The position numbers and the translations under genes are program-made. From NCBI GenBank assembly GCA_041660285.1, contig JBAZWN010000008.1:6110-70109 (forward strand): DNA of 64,000 nt. Reading direction: 5' to 3'. Of this stretch, positions 38,282 to 48,801 are shown one piece after another (within the stretch, counting starts at the first letter, position 1; each line of letters begins with the position of its first letter). The notes under the pieces were generated by a model that made no database searches, had not been told where the DNA came from, and was given only the letters and a program-made list of their open reading frames with translations. The stretch comes from Methylobacter sp. Lineage in GTDB: Bacteria; Pseudomonadota; Gammaproteobacteria; Methylococcales; Methylomonadaceae.

Positions 38282-39514
38282 TCACTGAACAGCCTTGCCG
38301 CTCTTTGACGCAGTTTGTAAAAGCGCAATCAATTGATCAATCAAATGATCATGATTGAAGTGCTCTTGATAATATTTGTGTCCGTTGTCGCCCATTGTTT
38401 CACGCTCGCTGGGTGATTGCCTATATAAACGCAATATTGTATCAGCCAAAGCCCTGGCATCTTCAGCTGGTGTAGCCAATCCCGCCCCGGACTCAACGAC
38501 TAATCGTGCACCCTCGCCATTCAAGCAAGCGATGATCGGCCGCCCTGACGCCATGTACGCCTGCACTTTATTGGGAACAGTCACCGCAAAGATTGGCTGA
38601 TCTGCAAGCGTAACCAGTAGCGCAGATGCCTTCTGCATGAAATCGGGCATCGTTTCTACGGGGAACCTTCCTGGCAAATGGAGATTTGTCAACCCGCGCT
38701 GTTGCACCTCCGTCATCATCCAATCGCGCGAACTACCGTCTCCCAGCACCAGAAAATGGATATCCGAATACTCTTTCAGCAATGAGGCGGCCTCGACTAT
38801 TACGCCAACAGCCTGCGCCGCGCCGATGTTGCCCGCAAACATAATCGAAAATCCTTCACCTAATCCTGCGACCGTTTGAGGGGCGCCTTTAGCCGGAGCG
38901 GCGAAAATCTCATCGACAGAGTTCGGGTAATACGCGATAGGCGTATCCGAAGCCAGAGCTCGAACCGGCTCTTCAAAAGCCTTTGATTGCACCAAGAGCA
39001 GATCGGTACGCCGGTAGATAAAGCGCACGGCCAGCTCAACTAATTTGAGGACTGTCTTATTTCGCACATAACCTGTCGCCGATAGACTTTCCGGCCATAA
39101 ATCCTGTACCCACAACACCACGGGGCACTTCTTCAGCCATCCGATAAAAAGCGCAGGGATCGCCAACAAAATAGGAGAAAGACCATACACAAAGATAATA
39201 TCGTATTGGTGCTTGCGTATTAGCCATGATCCACTGATCAGCCCAAAGAAAATAAATGAAAGATAGTTAATAATCAATCCCATGCGGCTGTTTCGACCTC
39301 GAGGAAGTAATGGGACGCGATATAATGCCGCGCCTTTCCACTGCTCTTTCTGACAACCCCAAACGCGATAGCCTGAAAAAATAGCACCCTCAGGATAATT
39401 GGGCTTTCCAGTCAAAACTTCAACTTCAATACCACGTTCGACCAGCGTTTCAACAATCGCATTAATTCGAAAGTTTTCTGGCCAAAAATACTGGCTAACA
39501 ATTAATATCTTCAA
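38282..39514 (-). CDS. GT4 glycosyltransferase (WbuB-like)
   Basis: ILIVSQYFWPE, PNYPEG, VQDLWPE, FAGNIG..Q, PNKVQAYMASG; TTG start at 39514. Confidence 0.88.
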   Translation of the reverse strand: MKILIVSQYFWPENFRINAIVETLVERGIEVEVLTGKPNYPEGAIFSGYRVWGCQKEQWKGAALYRVPLLPRGRNSRMGLIINYLSFIFFGLISGSWLIRKHQYDIIFVYGLSPILLAIPALFIGWLKKCPVVLWVQDLWPESLSATGYVRNKTVLKLVELAVRFIYRRTDLLLVQSKAFEEPVRALASDTPIAYYPNSVDEIFAAPAKGAPQTVAGLGEGFSIMFAGNIGAAQAVGVIVEAASLLKEYSDIHFLVLGDGSSRDWMMTEVQQRGLTNLHLPGRFPVETMPDFMQKASALLVTLADQPIFAVTVPNKVQAYMASGRPIIACLNGEGARLVVESGAGLATPAEDARALADTILRLYRQSPSERETMGDNGHKYYQEHFNHDHLIDQLIALLQTASKSGKAVQ

Positions 39515-39525
39515 AACCTGAAAGC

Positions 39526-40662
39526 CTATATCTTGCCCAACAACCCGACATATAAATCCAGATATTTCCGGATTACAACATGCCATGTGTAGTTATTTTT
39601 TACATGGTTCTGCAATTTGCCACCCATCGCATCCAAGTTCATCTTGCCATTCAATAAGCCTGCCAAACCATTTTGCAACCCCTCTACCGTTGCCGGGGTC
39701 ACGACCCCTCCACCAATCTTGCCAACCACATCAAAACCACACTGGTCGGTCAACAATACAGGAACTCCGGAAATTCCAGCTTCAAGCACGACAATCGACA
39801 TTGCCTCCTGGCGTGAAGGAATCACTAATAACTGTGCACTGTGGTAGGCAGATGATTTCTCTTTACCACCAACATACCCGATAAAATGAACGCGATTACG
39901 GGCTGCACTGACTGCAGAACTTTTCTTGAGAGAATCCAATAACCCTCCATCCGGACCGGCAAAGACCAAGTGCCACTCCGGCCATGCCTCTTGACCACGA
40001 CAGAATGCGTCGAGAAGAAGATCCGGCCCTTTAATTGGATTGAGTCGACCAAGAAATAATATAAAGGGGTGATCAGCAAGCCCATGTTTTTTTCTAAAAC
40101 CCTGCACATCCGTTTCAGAAAAATCATCCGGATTTATTCCATTAGGTATGACAGTAACAGATCTCCGGTCAATCCCGTAAGCATCAAAATGAGAACATTC
40201 ATCTTCGGTAATAGCAATCCAGGCATTGGCATCACGGATAATTCGCCGCCCAATAACCCAGTTGTAGATTACCTTAAGAATCTTGGATCTTCCGTAAATA
40301 GGTAAAGCTCCAGCCGGGCACACCACATACGGTTTTTGCATCCGGCGGGCAGCCAAGTATACCAGTGCGTTCAACACCGACCAATGGCCCATAATGTGAA
40401 TGACATCAACCCCTTCCACTTCTTTTTTTATACTGGCGAATGAAACTCTGGGTATGTAGAATCTTTTAAGCAGGCATTGGTAAGCGGTAACGTTTAGCCC
40501 ATCCAATCGTGGTAGCGATCTGTTCTCGAAACCAACATCTGTAGTTAGTATCTGGCAGTCAACGCCTTCATCCCTAAGTGCTCGACTAATTTGGAGGGTG
40601 CGCTCAGCAGTCCCGCCCCCAATCACCGGATCAAGTAGCGAGTTAACATTCAGTATTTTCAC
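39526..40662 (-). CDS. GT4 glycosyltransferase
   Basis: GGGTAE, IPNGI, FLGRLNPIKG, EAMSIVVLEA; GTG start. Confidence 0.9.
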   Translation of the reverse strand: MKILNVNSLLDPVIGGGTAERTLQISRALRDEGVDCQILTTDVGFENRSLPRLDGLNVTAYQCLLKRFYIPRVSFASIKKEVEGVDVIHIMGHWSVLNALVYLAARRMQKPYVVCPAGALPIYGRSKILKVIYNWVIGRRIIRDANAWIAITEDECSHFDAYGIDRRSVTVIPNGINPDDFSETDVQGFRKKHGLADHPFILFLGRLNPIKGPDLLLDAFCRGQEAWPEWHLVFAGPDGGLLDSLKKSSAVSAARNRVHFIGYVGGKEKSSAYHSAQLLVIPSRQEAMSIVVLEAGISGVPVLLTDQCGFDVVGKIGGGVVTPATVEGLQNGLAGLLNGKMNLDAMGGKLQNHVKNNYTWHVVIRKYLDLYVGLLGKI

Positions 40663-40812
40663 GAGTTTGCAAAGTCAGTCAAACTGGATATCAGCAGTCG
40701 AGGTGGATTAAATCCATGAGTGCCGGTAATGGCGATAAAGGGATTTTGTGCTTTCCCTTTCACTCCATTGCTCTTAATAATCATTTAAATTTACCCAAGG
40801 ACTCTACGCTAT

Positions 40813-42066
40813 TTAGTCAATCCCCTGAACACAACGATGAGAATCAAACTCAGCGATTGCTTCTTGATATAGCTTTTCGTACATGGGGCCCACAATACTT
40901 AAAGAAAACTCATCCATTACAAGTTGATGGGCTTTTTTTCCAATATTTTCACACATCCCTTTGTTATTAAGCAATGACAATATCAGTCCAGCACATTCAG
41001 GCATTGTTTTATATAACAAGCCATGTTCGCCATTTACAAATGGGATGCCTGCGAAACCAGTCTCTGTACCAACAACAGGCAAACCAAGCCCCATAGCCTG
41101 TAGCGTACGAGTTTTTGCGCCAGGAGGCCCCACATTGTCTGGCACCAAAACCACATCAGCATCAGCGAGGAATTTTTGATAATCTTCCACCCATGTACAA
41201 AACTCAATATTTGATGTTTTTATAAGTTGTTCTTGAAGTGCTCTGCTGACATTTTGCCCAAGAACGACAAAACGAACATTAGGTACCTGCTCCCAAATGA
41301 GTGGTAGGGCAATGTTCACAAAGTCTTGGACGCCTTTGGCAATAGCAGGGTTGCCAAGGTTGCCAGTACAGACAATTCTAGGATGCCTTACAAGTGCATT
41401 ACTTTTATCGTTTTTAAAATCAACGTTATTCAGAAACGCCTCATCAACAGCAATAGGAATAGTTGCAACATTAATACTCGCCCCCAGGTTCATTAAGTAT
41501 GCTGCGTCATCTTGAGATACAACATGTATCTTATTGAAGAAGCAGTAGGTTTCCCTCTCAAATCGCCGCAGCAAAATTGCAGAAACAAGCAAACGGGCTT
41601 TTCCAAGCGAACAGGGAGTACTTTCAGCCATATGGAAATATATTAATGAGGTAGCATCATTTGGCGAATGAACAGAAGCTATTTTAGAACCCAAAGGCAG
41701 ATACTGGGCCATATTGACAAGATCATAATGAACGAGATCGTAATCGCTTCTTGCTAGGCACTCCCTTAATGCAGAAACATACTTCTGTCCTGAAAACGAC
41801 GCGAACGAGGGTGGTAAACCGCGCGCAAGATTCCATAAAACTCCCACCCACTTGTATATTCCTGAAACTGGTGAGATAACACCTAAAACTCGAATATTAG
41901 GCAACGCCGCAATCAAACCAGCCTTATTGGAATCGTCCAATTTACCAAAACATAAAATATCACACTGATGTCGCTTGGACAGATGTTTTAATATATTGAA
42001 AACTTTCAACCGCCCACCAGTCGATGCGGGGTACGGGAAGTCTGGCAGTAAAAATAAAATTCGCAT
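40813..42066 (-). CDS. GT4 glycosyltransferase
   Basis: PYPASTGGRLK N-terminus, TRTLQAMGLGLPVVGT C-terminal GT-B motif. Confidence 0.85.
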   Translation of the reverse strand: MRILFLLPDFPYPASTGGRLKVFNILKHLSKRHQCDILCFGKLDDSNKAGLIAALPNIRVLGVISPVSGIYKWVGVLWNLARGLPPSFASFSGQKYVSALRECLARSDYDLVHYDLVNMAQYLPLGSKIASVHSPNDATSLIYFHMAESTPCSLGKARLLVSAILLRRFERETYCFFNKIHVVSQDDAAYLMNLGASINVATIPIAVDEAFLNNVDFKNDKSNALVRHPRIVCTGNLGNPAIAKGVQDFVNIALPLIWEQVPNVRFVVLGQNVSRALQEQLIKTSNIEFCTWVEDYQKFLADADVVLVPDNVGPPGAKTRTLQAMGLGLPVVGTETGFAGIPFVNGEHGLLYKTMPECAGLILSLLNNKGMCENIGKKAHQLVMDEFSLSIVGPMYEKLYQEAIAEFDSHRCVQGID

Positions 42067-42148
42067 GAATATTAATGTTTCAGGCTAATACCAAAAATAG
42101 CAGCATTTGTTCGCTCTTGGATAATATGGCTTATGAGAATTGATCAAT

Positions 42149-43597
42149 TCATAAATTGAACCCATATGCTCTCCTTCTTGCAAACACCCTCAAACCTATT
42201 TCTAAAACTACAATCGTTATTAGGCCAACAAAAAACATATAGACCATACTGTCCAATGTACCTTCGGTTAGGGCCATAAAAAGCATCCAAAGAAAGAATG
42301 CTTGGGCTACTGGTCCAGATTCAACATATCTGCAGCCAAGAAATTTCCACCCCAGCACAGATAAAGCCCCTACAAATAATGATCCGAGAACTATTGCTGG
42401 AAAGCCTGCTACAAGATAAAACCATCCAACAAAACCGGGTGCCAATAAAGTATTGTCGGCCTCATCCATAGAATAAATAATATAAGTGAGATATCCTGCT
42501 ATCCCGTTTTTTGAGTTGATAACATCAATGACATGGATACCTAATGGCTCTCCCTTAGAAGCAATCATGCACCATAGACTTTCTATTCCTGGCATTCTAA
42601 ATAATACAAACTCCAAGCCTTTAAAAATTTGCGCCAACAAATCTTTCCCACCAATATTTAACGCGTTGGAAAATGCCTCAATATAAGTCAAATCAGAAGA
42701 CACGCGAATCTGTCGATATTCCGTCATAATCGGAATCATAACAAAAGCAACCGTTATCATGACACCCAAAAACACTTTTTCTTTGCGTCGCAATTTGATT
42801 CCATCCGCCAGCATTAGAAATAACACCAAGAGGAGCGACAAAAGTAGGCTACTTCGGCTATTTCTTAGCAGCATATCTATAATTCCATGCATCATCAGAA
42901 TCAAAACTCCTAATCTTGATGTCAGTATATGACCACTGCGCTCAGCCAGATAAATCGATAGCAATATGATGAGGGGTATAGCAACAATTCTGATGTAGAA
43001 AATCACTCCTTTCAAATGGAATGGTAGCGCCTCCCTTGATGATGACGCCCCCATCTCACCAATATGATATTTGTAAGTGAGGTAAGCCAACACCATCATT
43101 AGCAATGTAACTACCAATAAAGATCGCTTTGCTAACAATCCAGACAAAGTTGAATTGCCACTATATTGAGAAACACGGCTATTTTGCTTTCTCATGAAAA
43201 ACAGCAATGCCACCGCTGAGAAACTAAAGCTAGTAAACGCCATTACTGATAGCTTAAAAGCGTGTAATAGTGCATTTCTGTCTGCCACCATTGCATTATA
43301 AGGGATCCTGGGCAACATAATTTGAACTGGCAAGGCGTCAATGGTAACCCAATAAAACCTAATGAAGTAAACCAGTATAAAAAGGATGAGCGCAATCCAG
43401 ACAGCGACAAATTTTTGTTCAAATAACTTTATTTGCGCAAGCAAAACTGCACAGGAGACTGTAGCCAAGAGATTGTATGCTGAATATTCAACACTCTTGG
43501 TATCAAAATATTTAAGCGTTAAAAAATAGCCGCAGAAAAATACCAAAGGCAATGCCCATTTAATCTTGGCAATACACTTTTTAGAGTAACTTAGCAT
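42149..43597 (-). CDS. wzy: Probable O-antigen/polysaccharide polymerase (Wzy-like)
   Basis: About 10 TM segments, NSRS-type motif and a large periplasmic loop; immediately downstream of wzx. Wzy is too divergent to call with certainty. Confidence 0.65.
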   Translation of the reverse strand: MLSYSKKCIAKIKWALPLVFFCGYFLTLKYFDTKSVEYSAYNLLATVSCAVLLAQIKLFEQKFVAVWIALILFILVYFIRFYWVTIDALPVQIMLPRIPYNAMVADRNALLHAFKLSVMAFTSFSFSAVALLFFMRKQNSRVSQYSGNSTLSGLLAKRSLLVVTLLMMVLAYLTYKYHIGEMGASSSREALPFHLKGVIFYIRIVAIPLIILLSIYLAERSGHILTSRLGVLILMMHGIIDMLLRNSRSSLLLSLLLVLFLMLADGIKLRRKEKVFLGVMITVAFVMIPIMTEYRQIRVSSDLTYIEAFSNALNIGGKDLLAQIFKGLEFVLFRMPGIESLWCMIASKGEPLGIHVIDVINSKNGIAGYLTYIIYSMDEADNTLLAPGFVGWFYLVAGFPAIVLGSLFVGALSVLGWKFLGCRYVESGPVAQAFFLWMLFMALTEGTLDSMVYMFFVGLITIVVLEIGLRVFARRRAYGFNL

Positions 43598-45101
43598 CAG
43601 ATACCTTGCTTCCCAGCGACCTTAACAAATTACCCCTGATTGACGTACCAAATATCGCCGAAATTAATACCGCCATTACGCCAGTCAATAATAAAAACAG
43701 GAACCAATGCAGACGATCGTCATAACTTTGCGGTTGAAGTTGTTTTGCCAAAACCATTACGATGATTGCACCACAGGTAGGCAATAATATATCAAAAAAA
43801 TACCACTTCCATTTATGATCCATTAGCAATCTGCGGTGCATCACATGACTTGTCAGTAACAAATAAACAGCATTCAGAGCCACCCAAACCCATGCTGCGC
43901 CCTCAACCCCGTAGATCGGGACAATGAATAAAATTGATGCAATAAATAAAAGCACAATGAATGCATAAGTTTTCAGAAGAAGGCTTGTCCAACCATGAGC
44001 GACTTGGAGTTGATAGGGTAAATAACTTAAGCTGTTAAAAAAGCTCCCTATAACTAAAATGGAAAGAAGTGGCGCTGCACTTCTTACAAGATCCTGATTG
44101 CCTGACCACATGAATATAACTCCCCCTGAAAAAAAACACAGCAACATGCTGGCGGAAGCGGTCAAGACTGTCACTAACTGGGTTGTTTTATGGTAAATAG
44201 CAGCCGTTTTTAGCTGATCATCATTGAACGAAAGCTTTACCAATTGCGGATAAATAGCCTGAGTGACTGGAACAACAACCATAAACATTACATTTGCAGC
44301 TGCGGTTGCTAATGAGTAATAACCCAAATCTTTAAGTGACACCAAACGTGAAAGCAACGCCTTATCCATCTGCAGAAAAAGCATAGTCAGAATGGAAATC
44401 CCCATCATTCCCCCTGCGAATTTCCAGACTCTTATGAGTGACTCTTGCGAAAACTTCGCCCGGGAAAGCGCTTTGGGTAACGACTGATATACGCGCGCGG
44501 ACAACACTACAAGGGTAAGTAACGAAACACCGGCCTGCCAGACAAAAAACGCTTCAATGGTGGCTGAAAACCATACCAGTATTGCCAGCGCACCAACATA
44601 CCGCAAAGTCGAGAAGAAAGAATAAATACCGTTATACCAGACTTGCTGCTCTAAACCATAAAGCGATCCTCGATAGATACTCTCACATAAGCGCAAGGCA
44701 GCCACCAACGTCATGAGTGTCAACGCATGCGCGACATCACTAGTTGAAAGATGATCCGCCCTAAGCCACTTTTTAGCAAAATAATCGGAAGAAAGCCATG
44801 CCGCTATTACAATCACCGTGGCAAGGCTATAGCAGATTACCTCTAAGCTACGCAATAAATCGCGAATAGACTGCGGGCTATGGTCACTATTGGTGAAACT
44901 GGACATTTCCCTATTAATAGTGGGTCCCATGCCCATATCCAAAATCATAACCAGCGCTTGGATAACCGCAAAAAGACCTATGAGACCATAAGCCTCCACC
45001 CCGAGGTAATGTACATATGAGGGAAGAAATGCAACTGCCATAAAACCGGACCATCCTTGTCCGAGGTAGTTGGCAATTATATTTTGTTTAATGGTAGCCA
45101 A
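43581..45101 (-). CDS. wzx: Polysaccharide flippase (Wzx)
   Basis: 12-14 TM segments; LGVEAYGLIG, DMGMG, MDKALLS...LGYYSLA motifs. Confidence 0.88.
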   Translation of the reverse strand: MATIKQNIIANYLGQGWSGFMAVAFLPSYVHYLGVEAYGLIGLFAVIQALVMILDMGMGPTINREMSSFTNSDHSPQSIRDLLRSLEVICYSLATVIVIAAWLSSDYFAKKWLRADHLSTSDVAHALTLMTLVAALRLCESIYRGSLYGLEQQVWYNGIYSFFSTLRYVGALAILVWFSATIEAFFVWQAGVSLLTLVVLSARVYQSLPKALSRAKFSQESLIRVWKFAGGMMGISILTMLFLQMDKALLSRLVSLKDLGYYSLATAAANVMFMVVVPVTQAIYPQLVKLSFNDDQLKTAAIYHKTTQLVTVLTASASMLLCFFSGGVIFMWSGNQDLVRSAAPLLSILVIGSFFNSLSYLPYQLQVAHGWTSLLLKTYAFIVLLFIASILFIVPIYGVEGAAWVWVALNAVYLLLTSHVMHRRLLMDHKWKWYFFDILLPTCGAIIVMVLAKQLQPQSYDDRLHWFLFLLLTGVMAVLISAIFGTSIRGNLLRSLGSKVSDAKLL

Positions 45102-45173
45102 TCAGATCTACTTTCTCAGGACTGCACTTTCGGAGCAGGAAATTTGATCTCCTCGCTATACTCAACAATGCTG

Positions 45174-46421
45174 CTAAGCAACTTTTACTACCTCAACTTT
45201 AGGTAATGGAAACACCAAACTCATACCCGAAAACTTTTTGTTTGCGGTAAAAAATTTCCTGAAATGCCACGGCAACACAATAATGTAATCCGGCTTTTTA
45301 GCAAGCAGCTCCTGTTCTTGAATAATCGGAATCCATGTGCCTGGCGTGTAGCAGCCGAATTTTTCGGGATTTACCTCACCTACAGATTCAACTTCCTTTG
45401 TAGTTAGGCCGCAGTATTGCAACAGCACATTACCCTTGGTTGATGCACCGAGAACTGCTACAGACTCACCTTCAGCATGAACTGCCGCAATGAATTTCAA
45501 TAAATCACTCTTTGTCTGAACCACGCGCTCGGCGAATGCTTGATAAGGCGTCAACGTGTCCAGTCCTCTTGCACGCTCATCGTCGAGAATTTTCTGTATT
45601 GAATAAGCCGCCGTCAAGTCCCCATTCGACTTCGATACCGTTACTGAGAAACTACCCCCATTAATATCGTTAAACTCCACATCAAGAATCTTGAAGCCCA
45701 CTTGATCCGTCATCCATTTGATTTGCCGCAATGCATAAAACTCCAAGTGTTCATGACACACCGTGTCATACGAATTCGTATCCAGCATGGTTGGCATGTA
45801 ACTTTGCTCAAATACCCAAATGCCATCGTCCGCCAGCACGTCATATACCTGACGCATAAAATCCATCGGATCTTCCAGGTCGTAGAACATGGAAAATGAG
45901 GTAACAGCCTTTGCCTTTTGTCTGGGGAAGCGCTCTTTCACCAGGGCGGAAGAAAAGAAATCCGGGATCAGTTGAATGTGTGCAGGGTAATAGTTGCGAA
46001 ATTTAATGCCTGTCGGATCAACACCCACCAACACCAGGCCTGTGGATGGATAAGCTTGTAATGTGGTGCTGTCATTGCTGCCAATATCGATAACGAGATC
46101 ACCCTCACTTAACTCGACAAGACCAAGGATTCGTTTCACCTTGTTGTTAAGATGCTCCACCATGCTGGCATTAAGGCCCGAGCGATAGCCATAGTTTTCA
46201 CCATACATCTCGCCCAAATCGTAGGAATGCTCCATCTGCAACAGCCCGCATACCTCATCTCCACCCGTGCACTTCACCAAGCGCAGAGGGCCGGTCGTGA
46301 CTTTTGCGTCCTTCTCACGTGGAAAAACGCCAGTGAGCATCTGCTCTCCCAAGTCAAGCACACACTCCAGATGCGTATTGCCACAAATCCTGCATTTCTC
46401 AATTTTCTTGTATATCGTCAT
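45174..46421 (-). CDS. NDP-hexose C-methyltransferase
   Basis: N-terminal CRICG...C zinc motif, YGYRS, DIGSNDST SAM motif, YDTVCHEHL, GASTKGN C-terminal domain. Confidence 0.88.
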   Translation of the reverse strand: MTIYKKIEKCRICGNTHLECVLDLGEQMLTGVFPREKDAKVTTGPLRLVKCTGGDEVCGLLQMEHSYDLGEMYGENYGYRSGLNASMVEHLNNKVKRILGLVELSEGDLVIDIGSNDSTTLQAYPSTGLVLVGVDPTGIKFRNYYPAHIQLIPDFFSSALVKERFPRQKAKAVTSFSMFYDLEDPMDFMRQVYDVLADDGIWVFEQSYMPTMLDTNSYDTVCHEHLEFYALRQIKWMTDQVGFKILDVEFNDINGGSFSVTVSKSNGDLTAAYSIQKILDDERARGLDTLTPYQAFAERVVQTKSDLLKFIAAVHAEGESVAVLGASTKGNVLLQYCGLTTKEVESVGEVNPEKFGCYTPGTWIPIIQEQELLAKKPDYIIVLPWHFRKFFTANKKFSGMSLVFPLPKVEVVKVA

Positions 46422-46437
46422 TTGTCTTATCTATTCT

Positions 46438-47403
46438 TCAAATTTTTCCACTTAAGTTCTGCAAATCTGCGTCCACCATCATGTGTACCAGCTCTTTAAA
46501 CTCAATTTCCGGTTTCCAACTTAACTTACTATTGGCTTTGGCCGCACATCCAATCAGTGCCGCGGGCTCAACAGGCCTGTAAACTGATGCATCATCACGC
46601 ACATAATCGCGATAATCGAGTCCCAGATAACTAAAAGCAAACTCGCATAATTCACGAACCGAGTGCGCCTTTCCTGTCGCCACGACATAATCATCCGCAT
46701 ATTCCTGCTGTAGCATTAACCACATGGCACGAACATAGTCGCCTGCATATCCCCAGTCCCGTTGCGCATCCATATTGCCAAGGTGCAACTCCTTTGCCAG
46801 ACCCAGCTTGATCTTTACCGCTTCCTGAGTAATTTTTCTAGTCACAAAACATAAACCGCGACGCGGGCTTTCGTGGTTAAACAAAATTGCCGAACATGCA
46901 AAAAGGCCATAGCGTTGCCGATAAATCCGAATCATCAAATCCGCGTAAAGCTTAGCCACACCATAGGGGCTGCGTGGATTAGCAGGCGTACTTTCAGTTT
47001 GAGGGCTTTCTGTAGCTTCACCAAAAACTTCTCTGCTTGAAGCTTGGCAGAATCGCATATTGGCATCCACTTCACGAATTGCTTCCAATATGCGCGTAAC
47101 AGCCAAACCATTCACCTCACCCACTCCGACAGGGTCATCGTACATACCTGCCCCCGATGAATAACCGGCAAAGTTATAAATTTCCATCGGACGATATTCA
47201 GCCAACACTTCCGTCATGCGGTCCTGATCAAGCATATCCCATGCGATCAACTCGACGCTATTCTTCAGGGCGGCAGGAAACGACTCCTTACTATTTTGAC
47301 TATCTCTCACTGCGCCAATGACACGGTAGCCTTTGGCGAGCAGTAATTCCGCCAAATACGATCCATCCTGCCCTGTTATCCCTGTGATAAGCGCTGTTGG
47401 CAT
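46438..47403 (-). CDS. Second GDP-mannose 4,6-dehydratase-like enzyme
   Basis: TGITGQDG, QASSREVFG, PRSPYGVAK, FNHESP, RDWGYA; clearly divergent from gmd at 37112. Confidence 0.85.
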   Translation of the reverse strand: MPTALITGITGQDGSYLAELLLAKGYRVIGAVRDSQNSKESFPAALKNSVELIAWDMLDQDRMTEVLAEYRPMEIYNFAGYSSGAGMYDDPVGVGEVNGLAVTRILEAIREVDANMRFCQASSREVFGEATESPQTESTPANPRSPYGVAKLYADLMIRIYRQRYGLFACSAILFNHESPRRGLCFVTRKITQEAVKIKLGLAKELHLGNMDAQRDWGYAGDYVRAMWLMLQQEYADDYVVATGKAHSVRELCEFAFSYLGLDYRDYVRDDASVYRPVEPAALIGCAAKANSKLSWKPEIEFKELVHMMVDADLQNLSGKI

Positions 47404-47515
47404 TTTAGATTAACGATTTCCTGACTGAGTGAACCAGGGAGGCGGCGCGCTGCTGGTTAAAACAAGTGGAGGCGGAATTGGAACGTACCATCGGTCGCTA
47501 CCAAGCGGGATAAGT

Positions 47516-48568
47516 TCAACCGCGCAAATTTCCGAAACCTCGAAAACGGTACCGGATATGATCGACGATTTGGTTTTGGAACTGCGCAATGATCACCGAA
47601 AAAACAATCGAGAGGATGACTGTCTCCAGAAGCAGAAGCTGGTTGACTTCATAGGCGCCAAAAAAATATTCATTAATCCGCCGAGCTAGAAAATGCACCA
47701 GGAACAAGGGGTAAGAAAGATTGCCAAGAATCCGGTCAATTGACCCTGGCTTTTGATCCTTCGTCAGCAGAAATACGCCGAGCGAAGCAGGAATCAAAAA
47801 CGTCACACTGAACAAAACTTCGTACGTTGAAAGATTGGTTATCCATTTGCGAACCGGGGCTAACAAGAATAGACTGACCGCATACATGCCCCAGATTGCG
47901 AGCAGATTCTGATCGAAGCGATTCTGTTTCACGAATGATTCGTAGCAGATGGTTCCCAATAAAAACGTCACCCCGACGACAAAAGGGAGATCAAAACCCA
48001 GATAGTCACTAATTGGCATTGTGCATACACCTGGCTGAATCGGCCAGAAACACCCCCACTTTCCAAGCGCAGCATGGGACGAAAGGACTAGCAAATGCAG
48101 AGCAGCCATCCCGTAAGCGAGACGAATGCGGTTCTGGTACGTAATCATCGCAATTAACGGTACCGCTAAATAAAAATGCGCCTCGACGCCGAGACTCCAA
48201 GATGGCGGAACAATGGTAAGTGCATTGGTACCCCACGGGATCATTTTTGTGTAAGCGGCCGGCAAAATGAATACTTCGGCAATCACTCGCCGCCAATCGT
48301 AATCTATATGTATTAGTGGATAGACAATCAAGCTGACTATGAAAACAAGCATGTAACTCGGCCAGAGCTTTACTAAACGATCTATGAAGAATTTTCGTAC
48401 AGGGGATGGTGATTTTATCTGAAAGCGTTCAAAAGACATCGCCATGAGAATGCCGCTGATGAAATAAAATGCCAGCACCGACATTTGCCCGAAATTACCT
48501 TTTAAATACGATCCGGGAGTGTGGGACAGCAAAACCATGAAAGCTAGTATAAAGCGCCAGATGCCCAT
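47516..48568 (-). CDS. Acyltransferase family 3 (OafA-like membrane O-acyltransferase)
   Basis: RFILAFMVLLSH, FYFISG, RLVKLWP, WSLGVEAHFY, GNLSYPLFLVH. Confidence 0.9.
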   Translation of the reverse strand: MGIWRFILAFMVLLSHTPGSYLKGNFGQMSVLAFYFISGILMAMSFERFQIKSPSPVRKFFIDRLVKLWPSYMLVFIVSLIVYPLIHIDYDWRRVIAEVFILPAAYTKMIPWGTNALTIVPPSWSLGVEAHFYLAVPLIAMITYQNRIRLAYGMAALHLLVLSSHAALGKWGCFWPIQPGVCTMPISDYLGFDLPFVVGVTFLLGTICYESFVKQNRFDQNLLAIWGMYAVSLFLLAPVRKWITNLSTYEVLFSVTFLIPASLGVFLLTKDQKPGSIDRILGNLSYPLFLVHFLARRINEYFFGAYEVNQLLLLETVILSIVFSVIIAQFQNQIVDHIRYRFRGFGNLRG

Positions 48569-48801
48569 TAATTCAGTACTCCGCAGTCTCGATTTGCACC
48601 GATTTGTATGTCAACAATACGTTTGTTGCAGTTGGTTCCTGACTCTGTCCATAGCTTCATGGTGCGCTTGCAATAATCAACTAGCACTGGGCAACGCACA
48701 TCTAATTTAGTCCATAAAAATATAAGCATAAAACTTAGAATTCCCCCCTTTCCTTCACATATTTTATAATTGGCGATCAAAATAATTGCATATCCGAAGA
48801 G

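Noticed and set aside
48598-48620. TTGACA upstream of the OafA-like gene as an internal promoter
   Set aside because: No acceptable -10 box at 16-18 nt spacing.
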